Positions 10,157 to 20,004 of a stretch of DNA of 64,000 bases are shown piece by piece. Made by a program: the position numbers and the translations under genes. The number at the start of each line of letters is the position of its first letter. Within the stretch, counting starts at the first letter, position 1. A model generated the notes under the pieces. That model searched no databases. It was not told where the DNA came from and worked only from the letters and a program-made list of their open reading frames with translations. This DNA is from Nitrospira japonica (GTDB lineage Bacteria > Nitrospirota > Thermodesulfovibrionia > Thermodesulfovibrionales > SM23-35), in the NCBI GenBank assembly GCA_020725385.1, contig DYFC01000017.1, positions 32,001-96,000 of the forward strand, read 5' to 3'.

Positions 10157-10992
10157 ATGTTTGGATGTAAGATATGAAATATTTCTTCCAATGTCTTAAC
10201 AAAACTTACTGGAGTAGGGCTACAGAGTTTATTAGAATCGACAATGTAGATTCTATTCTTTCTTATTGCATTTATAGTCTTATAATTTTGCCAGATTTTC
10301 TTTTCTTCTTCTCCAGCAATACCCATAGTAGCAATAATTATTACATCAGGGTTTTGTTTTAGTACTTCTTCTCGACTGTATATTCCCATTTCGTTGTTAG
10401 GACCAATATTTATCCCTCCTGCAAATTTAATAAAATCATCTATAAAAGAATCTTTTGGCGCTACCCATAAAGGTTTTGTGCCAATCTGTACAAGAACCTT
10501 TGTTTTTGGTAGATTCTTGACTTTATTTTGAATAGAGGATACATCTTTTTTAGCCTTATGAACTAGTTCCAGTGCCTTTTTTTCTTTTCCAACAATCCTG
10601 CCTAATTCAACAAATTGATTACATATCTCGTTGAAGCTTTTTGGTGCAGGAAAAGTAATTACCTTTATCCCCAGTCTTTTTAATTTTTCCTTAGCTTTTG
10701 GATTTATTAAAGACGTTGCAATAATTAAATCAGGATGAAGGCTTATTATCTTTTCAATGTTAACTTCTATTATATTGCCTATTTTTTCTATTTTCTGTGC
10801 TTCTTCCGGTCTATTACAATAAGTTGTAACGCCGACAAGTTTATCACCTCCACCCAAAAGAAAAAGTTGTTCTGTTATTGAAGGACATAAGGATATTATT
10901 CTTTGGGGATAAGTGGAACAAAAACCTATATTACAAATGCTAAACACAAAGATAACTGTTATTAGTATTGGCATAATTATATATTTCTTCAT
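10153..10992 (-). CDS. Periplasmic cobalamin-binding protein (BtuF-like)
   Basis: Signal peptide, RIISLCPSITE, VGVTTYC and NPDVII motifs. Confidence 0.88.
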   Translation of the reverse strand: MKKYIIMPILITVIFVFSICNIGFCSTYPQRIISLCPSITEQLFLLGGGDKLVGVTTYCNRPEEAQKIEKIGNIIEVNIEKIISLHPDLIIATSLINPKAKEKLKRLGIKVITFPAPKSFNEICNQFVELGRIVGKEKKALELVHKAKKDVSSIQNKVKNLPKTKVLVQIGTKPLWVAPKDSFIDDFIKFAGGINIGPNNEMGIYSREEVLKQNPDVIIIATMGIAGEEEKKIWQNYKTINAIRKNRIYIVDSNKLCSPTPVSFVKTLEEIFHILHPNI

Positions 10993-11013
10993 TTTAAATA
11001 TATTCTTCTCATT

Positions 11014-11688
11014 TTATATTTCAAATTTGCTCCGTCTATTTTTTCTAAGCTTTAAGAACCAGTGTTTATCTTTTAAAACTTTTTCACCAGCTGTAAACTC
11101 AATAGTATTTTTAAAAATAGGGCCGTCATAAACAAAAGTATGATATTCACCTCTTTCGCCGCAAAGATCTACATTCAATAAAGCTTTTAAATCATCGATA
11201 AAACTTCCATCAATTTCGCGTCCTAACCAATCTTTATCTAGAAACTCAGAATTAGTAGCCACTATTATGGCTTTGAACCCTACGTCAATAAATTCATTAA
11301 GCAATTTTATTCTTTTTTCTTTCCATAAAGGCAAAATTGGCTTTATATTTATTTCTTTACAAACCCTTTCTACCCAATCTCTGTGCTCCTGAAGGTCAAT
11401 ATCTCCGAATATACCCGCTTCAATGCCATTTTTTTCTAAATTATAAACAGCTTTTTTGAATTCTTCTTCGTAATTTTTCCACGAAGTCTTTCTCTGAATA
11501 ATGGATAATCCTATTGCTTCTGCCTGTGCTCTCAATAAATCAGAGCCAATTCCGTGAGAACGGGAACGATTTCCATCCTCTGTAGCCATATTTAAAAGGT
11601 ATTTAATCTCGACTTTACCGAGATTCTTTGCCCTATAAAAGGCTAATGATGTATCTTTGCCGCCGCTCCATGAAATAAATGCTTTCAT
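11014..11688 (-). CDS. Dph6/MJ0570-family ATP pyrophosphatase (diphthine-ammonia ligase-like)
   Basis: SWSGGKDTS PP-loop, SRSHG, FGDIDL, PLW and CGERGEYHTFVYDGPIF motifs. ATG 11688 immediately follows the upstream stop. Confidence 0.85.
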   Translation of the reverse strand: MKAFISWSGGKDTSLAFYRAKNLGKVEIKYLLNMATEDGNRSRSHGIGSDLLRAQAEAIGLSIIQRKTSWKNYEEEFKKAVYNLEKNGIEAGIFGDIDLQEHRDWVERVCKEINIKPILPLWKEKRIKLLNEFIDVGFKAIIVATNSEFLDKDWLGREIDGSFIDDLKALLNVDLCGERGEYHTFVYDGPIFKNTIEFTAGEKVLKDKHWFLKLRKNRRSKFEI

Positions 11689-11689
11689 A

Positions 11690-12607
11690 TTATTTATTTC
11701 TCCAATCCAAAACATAACCGCATACCTTGCAGTGAAAAGCCGTAAGTTTCATTCCTGCTCCGCATCCCGGACATTCCTTCTGAGAATATTTTGGTCTGGG
11801 GATGTCTCCAATTTCTTTTCTATAAATCTCATAATAATAAAGGTGTTCCTTATTCAAAAAGTTTATGGGATATAGCTTTTTCTTTTCTTCAAACTCATCG
11901 TCAGAGATTTTTAATGAAATAATTTCTCTCAACTTAGTCATTCCCGAACCATACTCAAGTGGCCTTTTATCCTGCCAGATAATTTCTGGCGGCAATGTAT
12001 TTTCAAACGCTTTACGCAATATCCATTTGCCGAAGATTTTACCGTTATGTTTTTTTATTTTTGAATCAACAGGTATTTGTAAAGCAAAATCTATAATATC
12101 CTTATCCATAAAAGGTTGGATTATCTTAATTTTAAAAAACTTACCAATATTATTAGAGCTAAAACTCATGTTTCTTGAGATTCTTTTGATATAATTTTCT
12201 AAATCATTTATATCTTTCATAAAAGAATATCCGCCAAATAACTCGTCACTTCCATCACCTGTTGCTACTTCATCTAATCCTAAATTTTTAGCTAACTCAA
12301 GGCCAAAGTAAACCACTAAATCATTTGGTAAGGCAGGGTCAAAAGATTTCAATATTTTTATTACTTCTGGAATTTTTTCTATTGCCTCATTTACTCTTAC
12401 CTTCCTCATGATGTGTTTAATATTAAGAAAACTTGCCAGAGATTTTGAATAATGGACATCTTCTCCATCAGATTCTAAATTTACTGTAATAGCTGTGATT
12501 TTAGGATTAATAACTGCTAAAATTGAAGTATCCAAACCACCAGAAAAAAGCAAACATTTATAGGAGTTTTTTCTTACTATTTCAGAAATTACTGTCTTTA
12601 AAAACAC
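11690..12607 (-). CDS. Asparagine synthase C-terminal (synthetase) domain-only protein with C-terminal zinc ribbon
   Basis: FSGGLDTS, TGDGSDELFGGY and GKWILRKAF motifs; no Ntn glutaminase domain; ends CPGC-x11-CKVC. GTG start with AAGGAG RBS. Confidence 0.82.
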   Translation of the reverse strand: MFLKTVISEIVRKNSYKCLLFSGGLDTSILAVINPKITAITVNLESDGEDVHYSKSLASFLNIKHIMRKVRVNEAIEKIPEVIKILKSFDPALPNDLVVYFGLELAKNLGLDEVATGDGSDELFGGYSFMKDINDLENYIKRISRNMSFSSNNIGKFFKIKIIQPFMDKDIIDFALQIPVDSKIKKHNGKIFGKWILRKAFENTLPPEIIWQDKRPLEYGSGMTKLREIISLKISDDEFEEKKKLYPINFLNKEHLYYYEIYRKEIGDIPRPKYSQKECPGCGAGMKLTAFHCKVCGYVLDWRNK

Positions 12608-12621
12608 TGGTCCAAGCTCCT

Positions 12622-12744
12622 TTAGTTATTATGGCAATTTTCTATTGGCAAAATTAGGAAGAAAAAATTGAAAAGTAATTTAATACAGATAATAAAGTTA
12701 GAAAACCCGAAGCTTAAAACTGAAAATTGAAAACTTATTTTCAT
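12622..12744 (-). pseudogene. 40-codon ORF resembling the btuB N-terminal signal region (relic or leader peptide)
   Basis: Hand translation MKISFQFSVLSFGFSNFIICIKLLFNFFFLILPIENCHNN* aligns with BtuB MEKSYQSSVISHHFSKFIICISLL; same CGAGGGAG RBS context. Confidence 0.6.
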
Positions 12745-12824
12745 CTTTTCTCCCTCGAGAAAATTTTCAGGTTGTTTGTCCAAGTTTTAAAGTTCTTTTT
12801 AAACTTTTAACTTGGAACTTTTTG

Positions 12825-13055
12825 CTCTGGATAGGTCTTCCGGCTTAGGGCAGTTTAATTTCTTTTCTACTAACCCGCCTTCCCGGAGAAACCGTTCAAA
12901 CTGTTCAATCAGTTCTAACAGTCTTACTCCAGTGGCTTAAAGACAGTGATTGAAATTCTTCTAATTCACTGTTTTCCCGGGTTTTCGTTCCCATCACGGC
13001 TGCGGGGCAGCGGGAGAATTGCCATTGGCTCACTCCTCTTCCCTGACTTCCGAAT
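12825..13055 (-). promoter_or_regulatory. Cobalamin riboswitch 2 (leader of the ligase-ABC-cobUTS operon)
   Basis: Same conserved elements as riboswitch 1 (AGGGAAG, CGCTGCCCCGCAGCCGTG, CCACTGG, CCGGGAAGG, AAGCCGGAAGACCT), with long identical blocks. Confidence 0.92.
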
Positions 13056-13229
13056 ATTTTATAACATATCACACAGATAATTTTCAATTGAAAAGCGAAT
13101 AGCGTAGAGCGAAGAGCAAAGAGAAAAAAATTTATAACTCGATACACGAAACTGAAAATTAGCTAACTGTAAAAAAGTTGTTAGTAATCTGTATGGAACG
13201 GATATGGAGAAAGGACACTGCTAACGGAT

Positions 13230-13610
13230 TTATTTTTTATCTGTTGATGTAAATTTGTCTATGATTTTAGTTTCGTATTCCGGGAAATCTTCAAATGTTA
13301 GAGGCTTTTTGCGGGTAAGATTGACTTTTAAAAGTTTGAAATTAAGTTCCCTTATTTTCTTTAAACGTTCTTTATCATCATCAATCGTATTAATCAAAGC
13401 ACACATATTCATAATTTCTTTTCTTTCTTCAAGTTCTGGTGGGATACAACCTGCATTTTTTAAAAATTTATAAGCTATTCTTAAATCTTCAGGAATCCAT
13501 GTATCATCTTCAATCTCAATGGGTTTTCCCATATTTTCAAGATTGTCAAATTCACCATTTGCCATTGCTTCACTGATACGTCTCTCGGCTATTTTCCAGA
13601 ATATTTCCAT
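13230..13610 (-). CDS. DUF1992 (DnaJC28-like domain) protein
   Basis: IAERRISEAMANGEFDNL..GKP and LKNAGCIPPELE motifs; probable start MEIFWK. Confidence 0.8.
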   Translation of the reverse strand: MEIFWKIAERRISEAMANGEFDNLENMGKPIEIEDDTWIPEDLRIAYKFLKNAGCIPPELEERKEIMNMCALINTIDDDKERLKKIRELNFKLLKVNLTRKKPLTFEDFPEYETKIIDKFTSTDKK

Positions 13611-13722
13611 AATATCTTCATTATACAAAAAATATAACTTTTTAAAATACAGATAATTGATCTGAAAAATATTTTTTCTAATTAAGCTTGTTATTGCAAC
13701 ATTAATACGATAAAGTATAAAT

Positions 13723-14646
13723 ATGGCTAATAATTTACTGAATCAACTTCAGAGTCAGATTGAAATAGTTATAAAAGGTAAGAGTAATGCCATAAAAATG
13801 GCTCTTTTGACATTGCTTTCAAAAGGGCATTTGCTCATTGAAGATATTCCCGGTGTTGGAAAAACAACTCTTGCCTATACAATTGCGAAATCAATAAACT
13901 GTTCATTTCAGAGAATACAATTCACAAGCGACCTGCTGCCCACAGATATAATCGGGGTGAATATTTATAATCCAGAAACAAGAGAATTTGAATTTAGAAG
14001 AGGGCCGATCTTTTCGAACATTGTACTTGCTGATGAAATAAACAGAACAAATCCCAAGACACAATCAGCACTTCTTGAAGCAATGAATGAAAGAAGGATA
14101 TCTGTTGAAAGGAAAACTTATTTATTACCCGAACCATTTATGGTAATAGCTACACAGAATCCGGTTGAATATCACGGGACTTTTCCATTACCTGAAAGCC
14201 AGCTTGACAGGTTTATGATGCATATAAAGATCGGATATCCTGAAAGAGAATATGAAAAACAAGTTTTATTGCAGCCATCACCAATCGAAATTGCCGATAC
14301 AATAAAGCCGATTATTACTTCTAATGATATTATCAAAATGCAAAAAGAAATTGAAAATATAGAAGTTGAAGAAAGTCTTCTCGATTACATTATGTCAATT
14401 ATTGCTGAAACAAGAAAAGATGATAGAATAAGACTCGGAGTTAGTCCGAGAGGAGGACAATTTCTTTTACGTGTCTCAAAATCTGCTGCATACTTTGAGG
14501 GAAGACATTATGTTCTTCCTGGAGATATAAGGGAGCTCGCTCCATTAGTATTCGGACATAGAATTATACTTAAAACAAAATCTTATATATCGGATGCAGA
14601 AAAAGTAATAGAAGATATACTTCATAAAATTCCCTTACCACTATGA
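13723..14646 (+). CDS. MoxR-family AAA+ ATPase
   Basis: EDIPGVGKT, RIQFTSDLLP, LADEINR, ATQNP and LPESQLDRF motifs. Confidence 0.93.
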   Translation: MANNLLNQLQSQIEIVIKGKSNAIKMALLTLLSKGHLLIEDIPGVGKTTLAYTIAKSINCSFQRIQFTSDLLPTDIIGVNIYNPETREFEFRRGPIFSNIVLADEINRTNPKTQSALLEAMNERRISVERKTYLLPEPFMVIATQNPVEYHGTFPLPESQLDRFMMHIKIGYPEREYEKQVLLQPSPIEIADTIKPIITSNDIIKMQKEIENIEVEESLLDYIMSIIAETRKDDRIRLGVSPRGGQFLLRVSKSAAYFEGRHYVLPGDIRELAPLVFGHRIILKTKSYISDAEKVIEDILHKIPLPL

Positions 14647-15647
14647 GACTTACAAAAGAGGGCAGGAGACTTGTCATTGCCACAGCGCTTATAAGCATTA
14701 CCGCTCTTAACACAGGAAATAATCTAATTTATCTCATACTTTCACTTCTACTATCCATTATATTTATATCGATTATTATTCTTAGAAATAACATGAAAAA
14801 CCTTACTTTAAATGTAATTCAAAATAAACCTATTTTTGCAAACACACCTTCTGAGATTTTATTGAGACTAAAAAATATGAAAGGCTTCCCGGCCCGTTCT
14901 ATAAAAGTTTTATCATCAAGTGGTATGAAAGAGGATGCTTATTTCCCCGAGATTCTTCCATATAAAGAGATATTTGCCAATGTCAATGTGATTTTTAAGA
15001 AAAGAGGATTATACAAGTATGGTGATTTTTATCTTGAATCAGGCTATCCTTTCATTTTTTTTAAAAGAACAATTTTATGCAATGTTAAAGGAGAAATAAT
15101 TGTCTATCCCGAGATTAAAGAACAGTCACATTTTTTGCAATCTTATATCAGAGAAGGTCAAGAAAGTATTAGTCAAAAGATAGGCGAGGGTGAGGATTTT
15201 TCGATGGTTAGAGAATTCAGATATGGCGATGATAGCCGTAAAATACACTGGAAAGCATCAGCAAAAACAGAAAAACTTCTTGTTATGGAATACGATGCTT
15301 CTGAGATCAGAAAATTAACTATAATTCTTGATAACCTTGATGTACCTGATAAATACGATTTTGAAAAAGCTGTTTCATTTGCAGCATCTGTTGCTGATTA
15401 TTATATAACACAAGGTTACTATGTAAGGCTCTTAACCTGTGGAAAAGTTGTGCCTTTTGGCATAGGGCAGGAACATTTATTCAAAATACTTGATGTTCTT
15501 GCTGTTATTGAAAGTAAAAGCTTATGGGAATGTCCTCTTACTTTTTATTCAGATGGTATTACTTTATTAATACTAAATTCATATGTATCTTCGATGAATA
15601 AATTTATTTCATCAGCAGACATGGTTTTTTATGCTCAGGACTTATAA
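14643..15647 (+). CDS. DUF58 domain protein
   Basis: N-terminal TM helices and REFRYGDDSRKIHWKASA; the usual MoxR partner; ATGA overlap. Confidence 0.88.
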   Translation: MRLTKEGRRLVIATALISITALNTGNNLIYLILSLLLSIIFISIIILRNNMKNLTLNVIQNKPIFANTPSEILLRLKNMKGFPARSIKVLSSSGMKEDAYFPEILPYKEIFANVNVIFKKRGLYKYGDFYLESGYPFIFFKRTILCNVKGEIIVYPEIKEQSHFLQSYIREGQESISQKIGEGEDFSMVREFRYGDDSRKIHWKASAKTEKLLVMEYDASEIRKLTIILDNLDVPDKYDFEKAVSFAASVADYYITQGYYVRLLTCGKVVPFGIGQEHLFKILDVLAVIESKSLWECPLTFYSDGITLLILNSYVSSMNKFISSADMVFYAQDL

Positions 15648-17541
15648 TATATTAACAGCCATAATTGCTCTTACAGGAAGTGTAAGTCTTTTCATATCAG
15701 GGGAGATAAATCCAGTTTTTTTATTCAGCCTTGTTGTAATGATATATGGGTATTTCCGCGTGGTAAAAAATATGCCACAGGCTCCAAAGTGGACTATAAA
15801 TTTACTTTCTATTACAACTTTAATTATTTTCTTGCTGGATGCATTTATTGCATCTGATGATTATCTTGTAAGTGTTGCAAATCTTACGATATTATTTCAG
15901 GCAATAAAAAGCTTTGATTTAAGGGAACCATGGGATAATCTTCAAGTCTTTTTCATGTCTTTATTGCAGTTAATAATCACCTCTGAATTTACGAATTCAA
16001 TATTATTTGGTGGAATATTTATTGTTTTTCTATCGTCATCAGTCAGTGCAATTATACTCGCTCATTTTATAAAAATAGGTTTGAAAGAAAAAATAGTTCT
16101 TACAAAACCAATGGTTTTAATTACTCTGATAACATTTGCTCTTACAACAATTTTATTTATAAGTATTCCAAGAATTGCAGGTGGTATTTGGGGTAAGGGT
16201 CATAAAAAAGGCATAAAAACAGCAGGATTTTCAGAAAGAGTTAATTTTGGATCATTTGGAACTGTAAAACTCGACCCGACAATTGTAATGCGTATTGAAT
16301 TAAGCGGCAAAGAAAGAAAAGACTTTTACTGGAGAGGTATGACGCTTGATTATTTTAACGGAATAATGTGGGAGAATACGGAAAGTGGAAGGAGATTGAT
16401 ATATAAACGTGAAGGATTTTTTACAATAAAACCTTTTAAAAAAGAAAATACATTAATACAGAAAATTTATCTTGAACCAATTGATACTGAAATCATCTTC
16501 GGAATCCCGTTAATTGTAGCTATTGAAACAAACAGCAGGATCATCTCAATGGATGAAACAAATACAATATATGTACCAATGAAAAAAAATAAACAATTAT
16601 TTTACACAGTGTATAGCGTTGATGAACCAATTTATTCAGGCTTTATAGAGAAAAAATATCTTCAATTGCCTGAGAGTATGGATAGAATCAAAGAGCTTGC
16701 AAGTAATATAGTTAAAGGAAAAAATAAAACTTTAGATAAAGCTATGGCAATTGAAAAACATCTTAAAGAAAAATACTCTTATACACTTAATGTTCCGGAA
16801 CCTTCACGTGGAATGAATCCGATTGATGATTTTTTATTTAGGACAAAAAAGGGGTACTGTGAACATTACGCTACTGCAATGGTACTTATGTTAAGGTCTA
16901 TCGGGATACCTTCCCGTATTGTAACAGGATTTTATGGTGGTGAAATCAATTCTTATGGAGGTTATTTAATAGTCAGGCAAAGTAACGCACATTCCTGGGT
17001 GGAGGCAGTTATAGGCAATGAATGGAGAAAATTTGATCCAACTCCTGCAGTTTCTGTTGAAAAACCATCGATAATAATGCTCTATCTTGATATGATGAAA
17101 ATGCAATGGAATAGATACGTTGTATCATTTAGTTCGTCGGATCAAAAAAACATTTTTAATTTATTAACATTTCCATTCAGAATACCTGACATGCCTGATT
17201 TCAGATTAAAAAAGATAAAGGATATACTATCCTTCGTTTTAATTGCTCTTATAATAAGCACAATAGCGTTATTAATTCATAAATCATCAAAGAAAAAACA
17301 TTATACCTATCCGACAATTCAATATATAAAAGCAATCGGAATATTAAAGAAAAAAGGGATAAAAATAACCGATAAAATGACTTCAACTGATATTAGGAGA
17401 TTTATTAAAAAAGATGGTTTGAAAGAAAAAGTAGAAGAATTAATCACCATGTACGAAGAACATAGATTCGGCAAAAAGACATTAACTCATGAAGAAAAGA
17501 AAAGATATAAAATGCTTTTGAAACAAATAAAAGCAATCTAA
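15631..17541 (+). CDS. Membrane transglutaminase-like protein (TgpA/DUF3488)
   Basis: Multi-TM N-terminus, YWRG, and catalytic triad motifs GYCEHYA / HSWVEA / FDPTP. Confidence 0.88.
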   Translation: MLRTYNILTAIIALTGSVSLFISGEINPVFLFSLVVMIYGYFRVVKNMPQAPKWTINLLSITTLIIFLLDAFIASDDYLVSVANLTILFQAIKSFDLREPWDNLQVFFMSLLQLIITSEFTNSILFGGIFIVFLSSSVSAIILAHFIKIGLKEKIVLTKPMVLITLITFALTTILFISIPRIAGGIWGKGHKKGIKTAGFSERVNFGSFGTVKLDPTIVMRIELSGKERKDFYWRGMTLDYFNGIMWENTESGRRLIYKREGFFTIKPFKKENTLIQKIYLEPIDTEIIFGIPLIVAIETNSRIISMDETNTIYVPMKKNKQLFYTVYSVDEPIYSGFIEKKYLQLPESMDRIKELASNIVKGKNKTLDKAMAIEKHLKEKYSYTLNVPEPSRGMNPIDDFLFRTKKGYCEHYATAMVLMLRSIGIPSRIVTGFYGGEINSYGGYLIVRQSNAHSWVEAVIGNEWRKFDPTPAVSVEKPSIIMLYLDMMKMQWNRYVVSFSSSDQKNIFNLLTFPFRIPDMPDFRLKKIKDILSFVLIALIISTIALLIHKSSKKKHYTYPTIQYIKAIGILKKKGIKITDKMTSTDIRRFIKKDGLKEKVEELITMYEEHRFGKKTLTHEEKKRYKMLLKQIKAI

Positions 17542-17592
17542 TTTATAAAGTTAGAGCAAAAATATAATATATATGCTATCGTAAAAAGTTAT

Positions 17593-18693
17593 ATGTTAGC
17601 TTTACGAAACATTTTAAGGAGAAAGGTCAGAACACTAATAACTATTCTTGGTGTAGCGATTGGAATTTCACTTTTTGTTACTGCAATTTCTTTCAGTCAT
17701 GGTTTTCAGAAGCAAATGTATGACATAATAAAAAATTACCAGGTTGATATTACTATTCAAAGAAAAGGCTCCCCAACTCCTATACATTCAAGAATTACAC
17801 GGGAAGATTATCAGAGACTTCAAAATATTGAGGAAATAGAGGGGATTTCAAGCATGATTATAGGAACTATAAGGACAAAATGGAATCCATATTTCATGAT
17901 AATCGGAGTTTCAAATGACATTTTGAATTATAGGATTGGATTACTTGAGGGCAGGGTAATGCTTCCAGATAAAAAGGAAGCAATTATTGGCCAGCTTGCT
18001 TCTGAAATGTTTAATTATGGAATTAATAGCGAGATTGAGATTGGAGAAGATGAAGTTTATAAAATTACAGGTATATATTCTACCTCGATAAGAATAATTG
18101 ATGGAGCAATTTGCCTTAATTTAGAAGATGTTAGAAGGATACTAAGATTCAGTGATTATGCCAATATGCTTTTTATTCGTGTTAAACATGATGCCGATCC
18201 TGTAACTGTAATACGGAAGATTAACAATAATTTTCCCGAACTTTATGCTGCAAGGAGCAGTGATTTTTCATCTCAAATGAGATTAAATAATACTGTTAAA
18301 GCTTTTGTATGGGCAATAACTGTTATTTCACTTTTTACTAGTTGCATCATTGTAAGCAATACATTAATTATGTCTATAACCGAAAGGACACGTGAAATAG
18401 GTATCCTTGTGGCTGTCGGATGGAGCAGACTCAGAATAATCAAAATGATTATGAATGAAGCATTGTTGATAAGTTTTGCAGGGTGTCTTCTTGGAAATAT
18501 TATCGGGATAATTCAATTGTGGATACTTAATTATGTAAATATAGCAGGACCGGGGTGGATTCCTGTTTCAATATCATTCTGGATATTTCTTCAATCTATT
18601 ATATTCTCCACCATTGTTGGTGTTTTAAGTGCTATTTCACCAGCAATAATAGCGTCGAAATTACTTCCTGCAGAAGCATTAAGATATGAATAA
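17593..18693 (+). CDS. MacB/FtsX-family ABC permease
   Basis: ALRNILRRKVRT, MSITERTREIGILVAVG and C-terminal PAEALRYE motifs. Confidence 0.88.
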   Translation: MLALRNILRRKVRTLITILGVAIGISLFVTAISFSHGFQKQMYDIIKNYQVDITIQRKGSPTPIHSRITREDYQRLQNIEEIEGISSMIIGTIRTKWNPYFMIIGVSNDILNYRIGLLEGRVMLPDKKEAIIGQLASEMFNYGINSEIEIGEDEVYKITGIYSTSIRIIDGAICLNLEDVRRILRFSDYANMLFIRVKHDADPVTVIRKINNNFPELYAARSSDFSSQMRLNNTVKAFVWAITVISLFTSCIIVSNTLIMSITERTREIGILVAVGWSRLRIIKMIMNEALLISFAGCLLGNIIGIIQLWILNYVNIAGPGWIPVSISFWIFLQSIIFSTIVGVLSAISPAIIASKLLPAEALRYE

Positions 18694-18728
18694 TCCGGAT
18701 ATTTTTATGGAAATACTATATTAATATT

Positions 18729-19319
18729 ATGAAAATTAAAAGTTTCGATATTTTTATTTTTTTTAATATTATTCTTTTTATACTAATGTGCATATTTGTA
18801 TATTACGATAGATTTATACTTTATAGAGGGTCAGAAAATATTCTCGAATTTTATGCATATGCTTTTTTTGATCTTTTAATAATAACAATATGCTGGATAT
18901 ATTTTAGGAATTATGAAATAAATTTGATTACGCTCTGTCTTATAGAATTCGGAATACTTATTCATTTTGGAGGTGGTCTTATAAATATTGATGGCAAAAG
19001 GCTGTACGATAATTATTTTTTCCAGATACGCTATGATAAGTATGTTCATTTTATAAATTCATTTATTGCATGTGTAATTACAAGAAAAGTACTTAATAAT
19101 TTTGGTTTCAGTATAAGAAGACTTGAAGGGTTTGTAGTGATTTTGATTGTTCTTGGTATGGGGGCTTTAATCGAAATAGTAGAGTATATTGTTGTCAGTA
19201 CAGTGCCAGGTGCAGGAGTTGGAGGCTATGACAATAATATGCAGGACATGATTGCTAATTTTGCCGGAGGGACATTTTATTCAATAATAAAGAGATTAAT
19301 ACAAAAATTTTATCTTTAA
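18729..19319 (+). CDS. Membrane protein, DUF2238/YjdF-like
   Basis: Multi-TM with H-x-x-G, YDKYVH, E-x-x-E and D-x-x-x-D conserved motifs. Confidence 0.6.
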   Translation: MKIKSFDIFIFFNIILFILMCIFVYYDRFILYRGSENILEFYAYAFFDLLIITICWIYFRNYEINLITLCLIEFGILIHFGGGLINIDGKRLYDNYFFQIRYDKYVHFINSFIACVITRKVLNNFGFSIRRLEGFVVILIVLGMGALIEIVEYIVVSTVPGAGVGGYDNNMQDMIANFAGGTFYSIIKRLIQKFYL

Positions 19320-19335
19320 TTCGGTTAATTTCAGG

Positions 19336-20004
19336 CTAAACATAATAGTCTTCATCTTTTTGCCAGCCATGCTTTCCAATTAAAGGCACAAAAACACATG
19401 GTGTATGTGTTTCTTTCTCAAGTTTACCTTTTGATTTTATGACTTTAAGAAGAACTTGTGAAAATCTATCCCCGACAGGCGCAATTATTATTCCATTGTT
19501 ATCTGAAAGCTGCTCAATTAAAGGCTGTGGTATTTGAGGTGTTCCGGCAGTTATTAATATTCTGTCAAAAGGTGATTTTTCTTCCCATCCCAATGTCCCA
19601 TCACCTGTTTTTATGTTTATATTTTTATAGAAAAGCGAATTTAAGATATTTTTTGCACTTTCCGCAAGTTGTTCGATACGTTCAATGGAATATACTTCTT
19701 TTGCAAGTTCAGCGAGAATTGCTGTCTGGTATCCTGATCCAGTTCCTATTTCAAGCACTTTTTCATCTCCTTTGAGCTCAAGAAGTTCTGTCATTATAGC
19801 TACCATATATGGTTGGGAAATTGTTTGACCTTCTCCAATTGAAAGAGCCATGTCATCATAGGCTCTTGGTTGTATATTTTCCGGAACGAACAAATGTCTT
19901 GGAACTTTTCTCATGGCATCAAGGACACGATCATCGCTGATACCACGGGGTATCAGCTGGGTTCTAACCATATATTCTCTTAAATCTTTAAAATCCATCA
20001 TCAT
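19336..20004 (-). CDS. pcm: Protein-L-isoaspartate O-methyltransferase
   Basis: VPRHLFV, GQTISQPY, VLEIGTGSGYQ and FVPL motifs. Confidence 0.95.
   Translation of the reverse strand: MMMDFKDLREYMVRTQLIPRGISDDRVLDAMRKVPRHLFVPENIQPRAYDDMALSIGEGQTISQPYMVAIMTELLELKGDEKVLEIGTGSGYQTAILAELAKEVYSIERIEQLAESAKNILNSLFYKNINIKTGDGTLGWEEKSPFDRILITAGTPQIPQPLIEQLSDNNGIIIAPVGDRFSQVLLKVIKSKGKLEKETHTPCVFVPLIGKHGWQKDEDYYV

Noticed and set aside
12905-13147. 80-aa minus-strand ORF
   Set aside because: It overlaps cobalamin riboswitch 2 and its upstream region and has no protein features.
13723-17541. MoxR-DUF58-transglutaminase as a novel system
   Set aside because: This is a widespread, already described gene trio.
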